Both the position numbers and the translations under genes were made by a program. Positions 38,005 through 45,945 of a stretch of DNA of 50,126 bases are shown here, one piece after another. The notes under the pieces are model-generated. The model was not told where the DNA came from. It searched no databases and saw only the letters and a program-made list of their open reading frames with translations. Source of the stretch: Escherichia phage AugustePiccard; sequence record MZ501051, one strand, 5' to 3'. Position 1 is the first letter of the stretch. Every line of letters begins with the position of its first letter.

Positions 38005-39135
38005 ATGGCAACTGCAAAAATCACCAACGAACAATTGCGCGAAGAGCTAGCAAATGGCATGACCAACAAGGCAATCGCAGAGAAGTACGGAATGAACATT
38101 CGCAACGTTGAATTGCGTCGCAGTAAATTAGCGAAGAGTGGAGAATTGCACGGAAACCCGGGAATCAAGAAGTTAGTTCCTGACGGCTATTTGGTCAAAG
38201 GGACGTCAACGATGATTGACGCTGAGGGCAACGAAAAGATTCGCTGGGTTAAGACCTCTGTAGATAATGAGCGCCTTGAGGTTTTGATGGAACAGGCTCG
38301 AGAGGCATTCTGCTCTGAGTTGCCAAAGGCAGATTCGGTCACCCACTCAGGCAATGAGGTCAACTCTGAATTAATGACTCTTTACCCTATTTTCGATATC
38401 CATATCGGCATGATGGCTCATCGACATGAGTCTGGTGAAAATTATGACACCAATACCGCAGAGAAATTAATGGAATCATATTTCGATCATGCAATTTCTG
38501 TATCGCCATCCTCAGAGAAAGCTGTGATTTTAGTTGGCGGCGACTTCCTTCACTCTGACGGATTGGAAGCTGTAACCCCAGCAAGCGGACACTGCCTTGA
38601 TCAGGATAGTAGGTATGCTAAGTTAGTTTATGTTGCGATTCGCTCAATTCGTGGTGCCGTAGAGAAGATGCTTAAGAAGCATAAGAATGTCGAGATTCAG
38701 ATTATAGAGGGAAATCATGACCAGAGTGGTATGATTTGGCTCCGTGCGGCAATGGCTGCATTTTATGAAAACGAGAGTCGCGTCTTTGTTGATACCAGTC
38801 CGGCAATCATGCACAAAACTAGATTTGGCTCAACATTACTTGGTTACACACACGGCCACACAATGAAGAAGGCAGAAGGCAGGCTTGCAGCTATGGCAAC
38901 TGATTACAGGAAAGATTTTGGTGAGTGTGAATTTGTTTATTGCCATTCCGGGCATTTTCACCACGCAACTGTTACAGAGTGCACACTTGGGATTGATGAG
39001 GTTCACCCAGCCCTGGCTAGCAAGGATGCATATGCCGCTCGCGGAGGGTGGCGATCATATCGCCAAGCGGCTGCAATTGTTTACCACAAGAATTTTGGCG
39101 AGGTTGGTCGACACATTTATCGCCCCGGTATGTAA
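38005..39135 (+). CDS. metallophosphoesterase (calcineurin-like) with N-terminal HTH domain
   Basis: N-terminal HTH-like segment (MTNKAIAEKYGMNIRNVELRRSKL); phosphoesterase motifs DIHIG, GGDFLHSD, GNHD, THGH, GHFHH. Confidence 0.6.
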   Translation: MATAKITNEQLREELANGMTNKAIAEKYGMNIRNVELRRSKLAKSGELHGNPGIKKLVPDGYLVKGTSTMIDAEGNEKIRWVKTSVDNERLEVLMEQAREAFCSELPKADSVTHSGNEVNSELMTLYPIFDIHIGMMAHRHESGENYDTNTAEKLMESYFDHAISVSPSSEKAVILVGGDFLHSDGLEAVTPASGHCLDQDSRYAKLVYVAIRSIRGAVEKMLKKHKNVEIQIIEGNHDQSGMIWLRAAMAAFYENESRVFVDTSPAIMHKTRFGSTLLGYTHGHTMKKAEGRLAAMATDYRKDFGECEFVYCHSGHFHHATVTECTLGIDEVHPALASKDAYAARGGWRSYRQAAAIVYHKNFGEVGRHIYRPGM

Positions 39136-39179
39136 ATAGCACCTTTTGTTAAAACAGTAGCCGCGAAAGCGGCTATTAT
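39133..39179 (+). promoter_or_regulatory. box promoter upstream of HNH copy 3
   Basis: AAATAGCACCTTTTGTTAAA, 22 nt (contains hairpin GCCGCGAAAGCGGC), TATTAT. Confidence 0.55.
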
Positions 39180-39207
39180 TGTTTTATACAAACGATAGGA
39201 GATTGAA

Positions 39208-39693
39208 ATGAATTGGCATGATATTTTTGAATACAACGATGGCATTCTTTATCATAAAGTTAAGTTATGTATAAGAAATGATGTTAACGTTGGTGATATT
39301 GCTGGGGGGGGCGTTAGGCAAAACGGCTATCACTACGTGAATTACAAAAATAAGTTTTACAAAAGGTCAAGGGTTGTATGGGAGATGTTTAATGGAGATA
39401 TACCTGAGGGATTTGTCATTGATCACGTCAACCATGACGCGACAGATGACAGGATAGAAAACCTAGAGTGCAAGGAGCGCAGGGATAACATGGTTAATGT
39501 AAAGCTAAGGATTGATAGCTCCTCTGGTGTAACTGGTGTAGCAAGAAAGAGCGGTAATAAGTGGAGGGCATACATAACAATCATGGGTAAGCAGAAGTCC
39601 AAGAGCTTTAACACGTTTGAGGATGCTTGCGCACAGAGGATTGAATGGTCGGTAACTCATGATTTTCACCCAAATCACGGTGGAAAATACTAA
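39208..39693 (+). CDS. HNH homing endonuclease with AP2-like domain (copy 3)
   Basis: Motif IDHVNHDATDDRIENLE; N-terminus MNWHDIFEY; own box promoter. Confidence 0.75.
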   Translation: MNWHDIFEYNDGILYHKVKLCIRNDVNVGDIAGGGVRQNGYHYVNYKNKFYKRSRVVWEMFNGDIPEGFVIDHVNHDATDDRIENLECKERRDNMVNVKLRIDSSSGVTGVARKSGNKWRAYITIMGKQKSKSFNTFEDACAQRIEWSVTHDFHPNHGGKY

Positions 39694-39737
39694 ATAGCAC
39701 TTTTTGCCTAACCCATGCCGTAGAAATGCGGCATAAT
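39693..39737 (+). promoter_or_regulatory. box promoter (variant)
   Basis: AAATAGCACTTTTTGCCTAA, CATAAT, leader CACATCGAAACGAG. Confidence 0.5.
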
Positions 39738-39778
39738 CACCACATCGAAACGAGATTAACTAAACGAGGAAACGCAAG

Positions 39779-39955
39779 ATGACTAAAATGATTTATTGCA
39801 CCAAGAACAACTCCAAGACTCTGCCATTTACAGTCAACAATCCGTATAACGCAGAGTACCAGGGTGATGGATATTACAAGATTTATGGCGACGATATGAC
39901 GCACATCTTAGCACCGATTGATGGTTCGCTGGTTGAATTTATTATCGCAGACTAG
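39779..39955 (+). CDS. hypothetical small protein (58 aa)
   Basis: Box promoter and conserved leader upstream; below the ORF-track cutoff. Confidence 0.4.
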   Translation: MTKMIYCTKNNSKTLPFTVNNPYNAEYQGDGYYKIYGDDMTHILAPIDGSLVEFIIAD

Positions 39956-39980
39956 CACAGAAAAAACATAGCGTTAAGCA

Positions 39981-40008
39981 AGGGGGGCCTTTTGGCTCCC
40001 CTTTTTTA
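39981..40008 (+). terminator. rho-independent terminator before the lysis cassette
   Basis: G-rich/C-rich hairpin plus T6. Confidence 0.6.
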
Positions 40009-40085
40009 TGCTTCTTTTCCGAGAGGCGCTAATGTATGATTATTTTACTAACTTAAACATTGACAAATAGATAAAGGTGGGTCAC

Positions 40086-40301
40086 ATGAGGGAAGTAATT
40101 AACGCCGCTACGGCATCAACTGGCGGTGCCGCAGTAACTGGCGCAGCAACTGGTCAGATGACCATAGCAATAATCAGCCTTATCGCTTTAATTATTTTTG
40201 GTGCCTGGGGCGCTTACTGGAAGTTCAAAGATAGCCAGGCGATTCGCAGGGCGCTTGAGTCGGGAGACTTAAAAACAGCAATCAAGATAAGGAGCAAGTA
40301 A
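40086..40301 (+). CDS. holin (single transmembrane domain, putative)
   Basis: One hydrophobic helix (MTIAIISLIALIIFGAWGAYW) and charged C-terminus; immediately upstream of the endolysin. Confidence 0.6.
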   Translation: MREVINAATASTGGAAVTGAATGQMTIAIISLIALIIFGAWGAYWKFKDSQAIRRALESGDLKTAIKIRSK

Positions 40302-40787
40302 ATGAAGCAGAAGCTGGTAGTTGGTGCCGCGACCGCTGCAGCGATATACATCGCAGCGCCTCTTATTGAGCTTGTGGAGGGTGTCGAATACAATCCATAC
40401 ATGGATATTGCTGGAATCCCTACAGTCTGTTCTGGCATTACTGGTCCTGACGTTGTTTGGGGTAAAAAATACAGCAAGAGGGAATGCCGAAACCTGCTTG
40501 AGAAACACATTCAGATTCATGGAAAGCATGTTCATGATGCAGTTACCTACCCAATTTCACCGCAGACAAGGGCAGCGTTAATCAGCTTTAGCTACAACGT
40601 TGGTGGTCATGCCATGAAGAACTCAACGGCAATTCGCCTTATCAACCAGGGTAAGATTGAGCAGGGTTGTAAGGCTCTCGGGATGTGGACGAAGGCCACC
40701 GTTAATGGCAAGAAGGTTGTCGTTAAGGGGTTAGTGAATCGCAGGAATGAGGAGATTAAGTTATGCTTAAGTGGATTGCAGCGTTAG
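40302..40787 (+). CDS. SAR endolysin (T4-lysozyme-like muramidase)
   Basis: N-terminal signal-anchor VVGAATAAAIYIAAPLI followed by catalytic E-x8-D-x5-T (EGVEYNPYMDIAGIPT). Confidence 0.75.
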   Translation: MKQKLVVGAATAAAIYIAAPLIELVEGVEYNPYMDIAGIPTVCSGITGPDVVWGKKYSKRECRNLLEKHIQIHGKHVHDAVTYPISPQTRAALISFSYNVGGHAMKNSTAIRLINQGKIEQGCKALGMWTKATVNGKKVVVKGLVNRRNEEIKLCLSGLQR

Positions 40788-41161
40788 TGATGTGCGCGGC
40801 TTTATCTGGATGTTCAGCAACAGATGCACTGACCGGATTGATTGGCAGTAAGCCAGAGATTAGTGCACAGGCTGGCGCCGAGAACAACAAGGTTGGGGTT
40901 GGGTTAACAAATAAGGTTGATTCCAGTAACTCCAGTGAAGCCACGGTTAAAGACTCTAAGGTTGGGTCACTAGATAGCTCGAGCGGTAAAAAGACTGCCG
41001 ACAACTCGATTAGGGCCTCTACAATCACCGCGGAAAGGATTGAGATTACCAATAATGACTCATTCAGCATTTATGAAATACTGGCATTGATTGGATTTCC
41101 TCTGCTCATTATTTTTAATGGCTGCTATGTGCTTTACAGGGCAAACAAAAAAGCCTCCTAA
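40763..41161 (+). CDS. unimolecular spanin (lipoprotein with C-terminal TMD)
   Basis: Lipobox LSGC at the N-terminus and a C-terminal hydrophobic helix (ILALIGFPLLIIF); overlaps the endolysin 3' end. Confidence 0.65.
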   Translation: MLKWIAALVMCAALSGCSATDALTGLIGSKPEISAQAGAENNKVGVGLTNKVDSSNSSEATVKDSKVGSLDSSSGKKTADNSIRASTITAERIEITNNDSFSIYEILALIGFPLLIIFNGCYVLYRANKKAS

Positions 41162-41178
41162 TGGAGGCTATATTTTTA
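41148..41178. terminator. bidirectional terminator overlapping the spanin 3' end
   Basis: AGCCTCC-TAAT-GGAGGCT flanked by A6 and T5. Confidence 0.6.
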
Positions 41179-41511
41179 GCTAAATAACTCGTCGTCAGTC
41201 ATTCTTCCTATGTTCATCATCTCTTTTATGTATTTGCTTTCATACCCGTTAAGTGCCTCGAAGTTAAACCCAAATGGCCTCTTCAAGCTACCCTTGCTAA
41301 CGAACTCTCCGCACTTACCATCAATGTACCCCATGCTAAGCATCTTCGCGCAAAACTCCTTTGAAGCAGCGCTGCAAAACTCTCTATGCGACAATCCCGC
41401 CGCCTTGCTGAATCTCTGAGAGTCCTTATGTTGGTAGATGAATCGCGCCAAATGCTGGCGCGTGAAAAAGCTATAGGATTCGCAGAACTTAAATATATCG
41501 AGCAGGAACAT
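41176..41511 (-). CDS. hypothetical protein
   Basis: 111 aa, immediately downstream of the 527-aa gene on the minus strand. Confidence 0.45.
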   Translation of the reverse strand: MFLLDIFKFCESYSFFTRQHLARFIYQHKDSQRFSKAAGLSHREFCSAASKEFCAKMLSMGYIDGKCGEFVSKGSLKRPFGFNFEALNGYESKYIKEMMNIGRMTDDELFS

Positions 41512-41514
41512 TCA

Positions 41515-43098
41515 TCACCCCAGCAGTCGTGGATTAATGTAAACTTTATCACCAATCAGGCATGTATAGTTTTTCTCATCTAACATCGGCAGCAAGTGGT
41601 CTTTAATCTTTGTCATCACTCCAGCCTGAGACTCGAACGGCTTAACCTTGCGCGCAGCCTCATACAATGAACGAATGCCAACTACGCCTTTCCCGTTCTT
41701 TCCTTGCTTGATAAGGATATCAATCAGCTTATTCATCTCGGCATTGTCGCCAGCGTGACCAGCGGCGTTAGCAGATGACAGATAAGTCTTGCTAAGCTCC
41801 TGGAACATGATTACAGCCTCTTGCATTGTGTCCAGTCCAATCTCTCTGGACTTCTGCGGGCTTCCGCCATTTGGGTTAAACCAGTTACGGACAGTGTGAA
41901 TAACTGCGGCAATCCTGATAGCCTGCTTATCGAACTTGCCCAGCGCGCCGCGCAACATAGTATGTGAATACTTACCGCCATCAGCAAGATGGGGCTCCAT
42001 TTCCTGACGTGCACGGTTGAGATATTTCATCGCTGAGTTACTCACTGTCAGCTTTACTTCCTGCTCGCTCATGATTTCGTGAACCAAGCGGAAGTAGTCA
42101 GCCTTCAGTCCGCTGTCAATTGGCTCGTATGTTGACTCTCCATTCTCATCAACGAATACACGTTCGCCCAGGAAGGACTTTTCACGCACAAGCAGAAAAC
42201 GCTCCGACACACCGATACCACGCGCACCAGCATTCATAATGGCGTTGATTGTTTCGTCCTGCGCAATTACCGAGATGCAACCCATAGCAACGAAACTCAT
42301 GTTGTTCTCTGCGTTCGCACGCGCGATAGATACGTTACCAGCATCCCATGCTTTAAGCACGAGTTCACTGTTTGTTTTCTTTGAGCCATCTCCATAGGTC
42401 ATGCCCAGAAGTGAGTTCACGCTCGTCGCCTCATCCGAGATTACTGCGAAGTTTCCCTGGCGGTTGTTTATTCGCGCAAGTCCCTCAGGCGTGGTGTCGG
42501 ATACGGGGAAAACGATATCGCATAGCTTCTCGAGTTTCTCCTCCAACTCCTCTTTCTCTTCAAAAAGTGAAGCCATCTCTGAAGGAGATTTTTCCTGCTT
42601 CATCTCTTTGGATAATGCAGATAGTTTGGCCATAATCTTTTTGCGCTCGCGTTTTCGCAATTCATTTAGTCGCTCAGTCTCGGCAATCATCGGGGCAATA
42701 GAAAGTGAGTTAATCGCTGATTTACCGGTCGATGGAGGTTGACTTGTAACTACGTAAAGAGATGTTGGCTGCTGCGTTCCGTGATACTCAACAGTAAAGC
42801 GGCCCAGCATAGCAGCGGAAATGCAACCCAAAAAGTGCATATAAGCTGAAGACTCCGGGAACTGAACAGAACGAGCAATGTTGGCTGACAGTCTACCAAC
42901 AACGTCAACATCATTTCCGAGCGAGATTACAGGATACTTGTCATTGGCCGCATCAATCTCGACCGGTGCTTTCCAGAATGACTGAGACTGGCGATAGCCA
43001 TTAGCATTGATAGCCACGCGCAGGGGTGGGAGGTTTTCTGCGGCAGCTATTGCCATAACTTGTTCAACAGATAGTTTATCTTCGTTGAAATCAAACAT
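41515..43098 (-). CDS. large hypothetical protein with deviant P-loop (replication-associated?)
   Basis: 527 aa; P-loop-like PPSTGKS; N- and C-terminal segments paralogous to ORF 45945..46469; RBS GGAGAG. Confidence 0.55.
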   Translation of the reverse strand: MFDFNEDKLSVEQVMAIAAAENLPPLRVAINANGYRQSQSFWKAPVEIDAANDKYPVISLGNDVDVVGRLSANIARSVQFPESSAYMHFLGCISAAMLGRFTVEYHGTQQPTSLYVVTSQPPSTGKSAINSLSIAPMIAETERLNELRKRERKKIMAKLSALSKEMKQEKSPSEMASLFEEKEELEEKLEKLCDIVFPVSDTTPEGLARINNRQGNFAVISDEATSVNSLLGMTYGDGSKKTNSELVLKAWDAGNVSIARANAENNMSFVAMGCISVIAQDETINAIMNAGARGIGVSERFLLVREKSFLGERVFVDENGESTYEPIDSGLKADYFRLVHEIMSEQEVKLTVSNSAMKYLNRARQEMEPHLADGGKYSHTMLRGALGKFDKQAIRIAAVIHTVRNWFNPNGGSPQKSREIGLDTMQEAVIMFQELSKTYLSSANAAGHAGDNAEMNKLIDILIKQGKNGKGVVGIRSLYEAARKVKPFESQAGVMTKIKDHLLPMLDEKNYTCLIGDKVYINPRLLG

Positions 43099-43172
43099 TA
43101 TTTCTCTCCGTGCTGATTCTGAGCGGTCATTATATCAACGACCGCTTATAATTCATTATCAATTTTTGCTAT

Positions 43173-43523
43173 TTACAGGTATTTCGCTTCAAATAGGTAA
43201 GTCTGACACAGGGTGTAAAAACCAACATCTTCACTGCGGTAAAGCTGCCAAGCATTGCCATCCTCATCGTAAATGTAACCGGCAGATTGACCAAGACCCG
43301 CGTGAAGATTTACCTGGTAACGTTTATTTTCTTTAAAGTCTTTTTTAACTCCTGACTTGTGGTTAACCTTTGTGCAGTAAAGCGTTTTGGTCTTAATGTA
43401 TTTGCCACGCTCTTCGAGGTTAATCCATTTGCCATCTTTCTTGATTTGCTCTGCACCATCCTTAACGCGAGCTTTGTACAATACGTTTTCGTTGCTAATC
43501 CAGTTTTTAGTTGTTGTTGTCAT
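43173..43523 (-). CDS. hypothetical protein
   Basis: 116 aa; box promoter and conserved leader upstream on the minus strand. Confidence 0.5.
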   Translation of the reverse strand: MTTTTKNWISNENVLYKARVKDGAEQIKKDGKWINLEERGKYIKTKTLYCTKVNHKSGVKKDFKENKRYQVNLHAGLGQSAGYIYDEDGNAWQLYRSEDVGFYTLCQTYLFEAKYL

Positions 43524-43560
43524 TTTATTTACCTTTCGTTATTTCGTTTCGATGAGATGA

Positions 43561-43607
43561 ATATACAGGAAAAGCCCCCGAAGGGCTTTATCAATTAGTG
43601 CTATTTC
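43561..43607 (-). promoter_or_regulatory. box promoter with terminator hairpin in the spacer
   Basis: Minus strand: AATAGCACTAATTGATAAA, 22-nt spacer holding hairpin AGCCCTTCGGGGGCT, TATATT, leader CATCTCATCGAAACGAAAT. Confidence 0.5.
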
Positions 43608-43748
43608 GAGCCTTTTCTATCGCCTTGAGCATAATCTCATGGCTCTCAAGCAAGTCCTCGCGGAACCAGTCCCCACAAGGCCAGCCCTTTCCGCTGTAGG
43701 CGCTTATTATTTCAAGATCGAAATAATTTATCTCAGATGGTAATAGCA

Positions 43749-43988
43749 TCATTTCACCTCATCAAAAGTTGCGATACCAGGAATAAACATCCCAAACTTC
43801 CAGCCAGCAATGGCAATCCATCCAGAATCGTGCTTGTGTGGTCGCTCAGCGCCATTAATTAACCATTCGTTCGGGATTGTCTTGCCGTTAATGATTAGCG
43901 GCTCAGCGTCGTATACAGAGCCTTTGACGAATGGTGTTAGAATCTTCTTGTCAGTGCTTGTAATGCAGTTAGTGCAGCGAATTTTCAT
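43749..43988 (-). CDS. hypothetical protein
   Basis: 79 aa, N-terminal CTNC. Confidence 0.4.
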   Translation of the reverse strand: MKIRCTNCITSTDKKILTPFVKGSVYDAEPLIINGKTIPNEWLINGAERPHKHDSGWIAIAGWKFGMFIPGIATFDEVK

Positions 43989-44179
43989 AACTGAATCTCC
44001 ACCTCATCCTCGAATAAGTTAATTGGTTCCCGTATTGAGTTGATAACGGTAAATGTTCTAATCCCCATCGCAATATCTCTGTCAACCACATCGTAGACAT
44101 TGCCAATGAAAAGGCCATAATCAGTTTCATTTGACCCGTCCATGTCAATATCTTTAAACTTAACTAACTTAATTTTCAT
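43985..44179 (-). CDS. hypothetical acidic protein
   Basis: 64 aa, overlaps downstream start. Confidence 0.4.
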   Translation of the reverse strand: MKIKLVKFKDIDMDGSNETDYGLFIGNVYDVVDRDIAMGIRTFTVINSIREPINLFEDEVEIQL

Positions 44180-44359
44180 ATCTCAATCCTCACCAGGGTA
44201 AACATTCTTCGCAGCCAAGCCCATCGCAGCACAGGAATTCATCTTCTGACTGGAATTGCTTCGCCAGGTCAATATCGATTCGTCCGCGCAAAACCATGTC
44301 TGTATACATCTCATTTAATCCAATCAGTGCAGATTCGTGGCGTAATTCATCTTTCTTAT

Positions 44360-44617
44360 TCATACCTTTTCCATCTCCGCAATAAAGCAGTTGACAACAA
44401 TCAACTTATCTTCGGTGTCCAGCTTCGATGCCTTAAGTGCCTCGACAAGGTTTTTAATGTCGATGCCGTCATGGAACAACTCGGCGCCAATGTTGCACAA
44501 CTGAACGCTATTGATCGTCGGCGTGCTAACACTAACTTTAATCGTGTCCGCCTTAGCAAATCCAATACCAGATGCCAGGACTGCCGCGATGTATCCAATG
44601 GTGATTAACTTTTTCAC
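44360..44617 (-). CDS. small secreted protein (signal peptide)
   Basis: N-terminal signal peptide MKKLITIGYIAAVLASGIGFAKA. Confidence 0.5.
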   Translation of the reverse strand: MKKLITIGYIAAVLASGIGFAKADTIKVSVSTPTINSVQLCNIGAELFHDGIDIKNLVEALKASKLDTEDKLIVVNCFIAEMEKV

Positions 44618-44796
44618 AAATCATTACCCTTTAAGCTGTCATATCTGATGGCGTCTCTGTTGCACTTTCTGGTCTTGCCATGAAGCACCTGCTTAAACTC
44701 AATTGTACCTTGCTGCCTTAGCTTTTTATATCTTCCTTGCGACTTACTTATTTCTTCAATCTTTTGTTGCGCTTTCAATTCCGGTCTCTGCTTCAT
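44614..44796 (-). CDS. hypothetical basic protein
   Basis: 60 aa, Lys/Arg/Gln-rich; first gene downstream of box promoter at 44824..44870. Confidence 0.45.
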   Translation of the reverse strand: MKQRPELKAQQKIEEISKSQGRYKKLRQQGTIEFKQVLHGKTRKCNRDAIRYDSLKGNDL

Positions 44797-44823
44797 ATCT
44801 ATACCCTCGTTGTTGATGAGCTA

Positions 44824-44870
44824 ACTATACCCTCAACAGCCGCGCTTGTCTTTAGCAAAAAGTGCTATTC
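44824..44870 (-). promoter_or_regulatory. box promoter for the leftward small-gene block
   Basis: Minus strand: GAATAGCACTTTTTGCTAAAG, about 23 nt, TATAGT, leader CATCAACAACGAGGG. Confidence 0.55.
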
Positions 44871-44895
44871 GTTAGATTTATGGATTGTTGCGGAT

Positions 44896-44939
44896 ATTGC
44901 AATGATTCCCATGATTATTGCACATATAGCAATATTGCT
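44896..44939. promoter_or_regulatory. cluster of short palindromes (ATTGCAAT, AGCAATATTGCT) in divergent region B
   Basis: Perfect palindromes sharing the TTGC/GCAA half-site with the promoter box. Confidence 0.4.
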
Positions 44940-45150
44940 TCAGATGCAATGATGTTTTTGATTGTTGCGAAATGAGCAATAAAGTAGTGAGTGAGTGAAT
45001 GAAAGATGGATGGACTACCATACAAGTTGATTTTGATTCTGCTAATCCATTTTCACGCTTACACGTAACGCCCGTAGCGCGATGTAAGCCAACGCCTATC
45101 GTTACGCGAGTTACGCGCAGCTACGCCTAGACTTACACTATAAGTGCCTA

Positions 45151-45200
45151 ATATATATATATATCTTCTTTCTATTATTATTATTATTATTATTATTATT
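45151..45200. repeat. microsatellite (AT)7 ... (ATT)9 in divergent region B
   Basis: atatatatatatat then (att) x9. Confidence 0.85.
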
Positions 45201-45405
45201 GTATGTAAGTCATGTAACGGGGTTTCCGGCGATATCTATATGTTTTTTCCTATCAGTTATAGCCTTGGCTATAATTTAAGGTATGGAGTGGGTGTTTTGG
45301 GGCCATTTGCCTCGTTACACGCACGACACGCCACTTACATTAAGCTATAGCTGGGCTAGCATACCATTTCGCGTAACGACCCCCAAAAGTTACCAAAAAT
45401 TACAC

Positions 45406-45434
45406 TTGACTACATGTGTAAGTCGGGATATGAT
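45406..45434 (+). promoter_or_regulatory. canonical sigma70-like promoter (TTGACT-17-TATGAT)
   Basis: TTGACT 45406-45411, 17-nt spacer, TATGAT 45429-45434, then leader AAACGAGAGGAG. Confidence 0.5.
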
Positions 45435-45465
45435 GGACTCAACTTAAACGAGAGGAGTGATAGAG

Positions 45466-45945
45466 ATGAACGAGAAAGTAACATTGGGCCAAGTGATTCG
45501 TGAGATGGTGAAAGCAGCGCTTAAGTCTGAGGACAAGCAGATCAGCGTGACACTCAACAAGATTGAGAGCCTTATCGGCGCCGAGGAGGGTGGTCTAAAT
45601 AAGCTTAAGAGCTCATACATCTACAATACAACGGCTCGCATGCCTGAGTTGAGAGATGCCGGACTGAAGGCGACTCACCACTATGATGAAGAAAGGGGTG
45701 TTAATGAATATACTGGGAGTGAGATACTTGGAGACAAAAAGCTTGTTATTAAACTAATTCCAGGCTCGGCAAACATTGGAATCAGGAAGAAGACCAACGA
45801 CGCGATCAAGGATGAGGCAATCACTGAGTTCAAAGCCAGGATTTCTAAGGTGATGCCAGACCTTTCTGCGTATGAAGGTGAGGCCCTTGCAGCCGCTATG
45901 AAGGCCATTAAGGATTACCGTTTGATTATTGAGGAGATTAAGTGA
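45466..45945 (+). CDS. hypothetical protein
   Basis: ATG 45466 after leader AAACGAGAGGAG; canonical sigma70-like promoter upstream. Confidence 0.5.
   Translation: MNEKVTLGQVIREMVKAALKSEDKQISVTLNKIESLIGAEEGGLNKLKSSYIYNTTARMPELRDAGLKATHHYDEERGVNEYTGSEILGDKKLVIKLIPGSANIGIRKKTNDAIKDEAITEFKARISKVMPDLSAYEGEALAAAMKAIKDYRLIIEEIK

Noticed and set aside
34038-39135. Phage-encoded DNA polymerase or a base-hypermodification gene set
   Set aside because: No polymerase motifs and no 7-deazaguanine or hydroxymethylase-type signatures were recognised; replication functions seen are only primase, helicase, SSB and nucleases.
40055-40060. TTGACA hexamer upstream of the holin as a canonical -35
   Set aside because: No acceptable -10 hexamer 16-18 nt downstream; the lysis genes are more likely read from an upstream promoter.
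44737-45350. ORFs 44737..44952 and 45144..45350 (with IIIIIIII) across divergent region B
   Set aside because: Translation of the (ATT)n microsatellite and palindrome cluster; no translation signals; region interpreted as regulatory.
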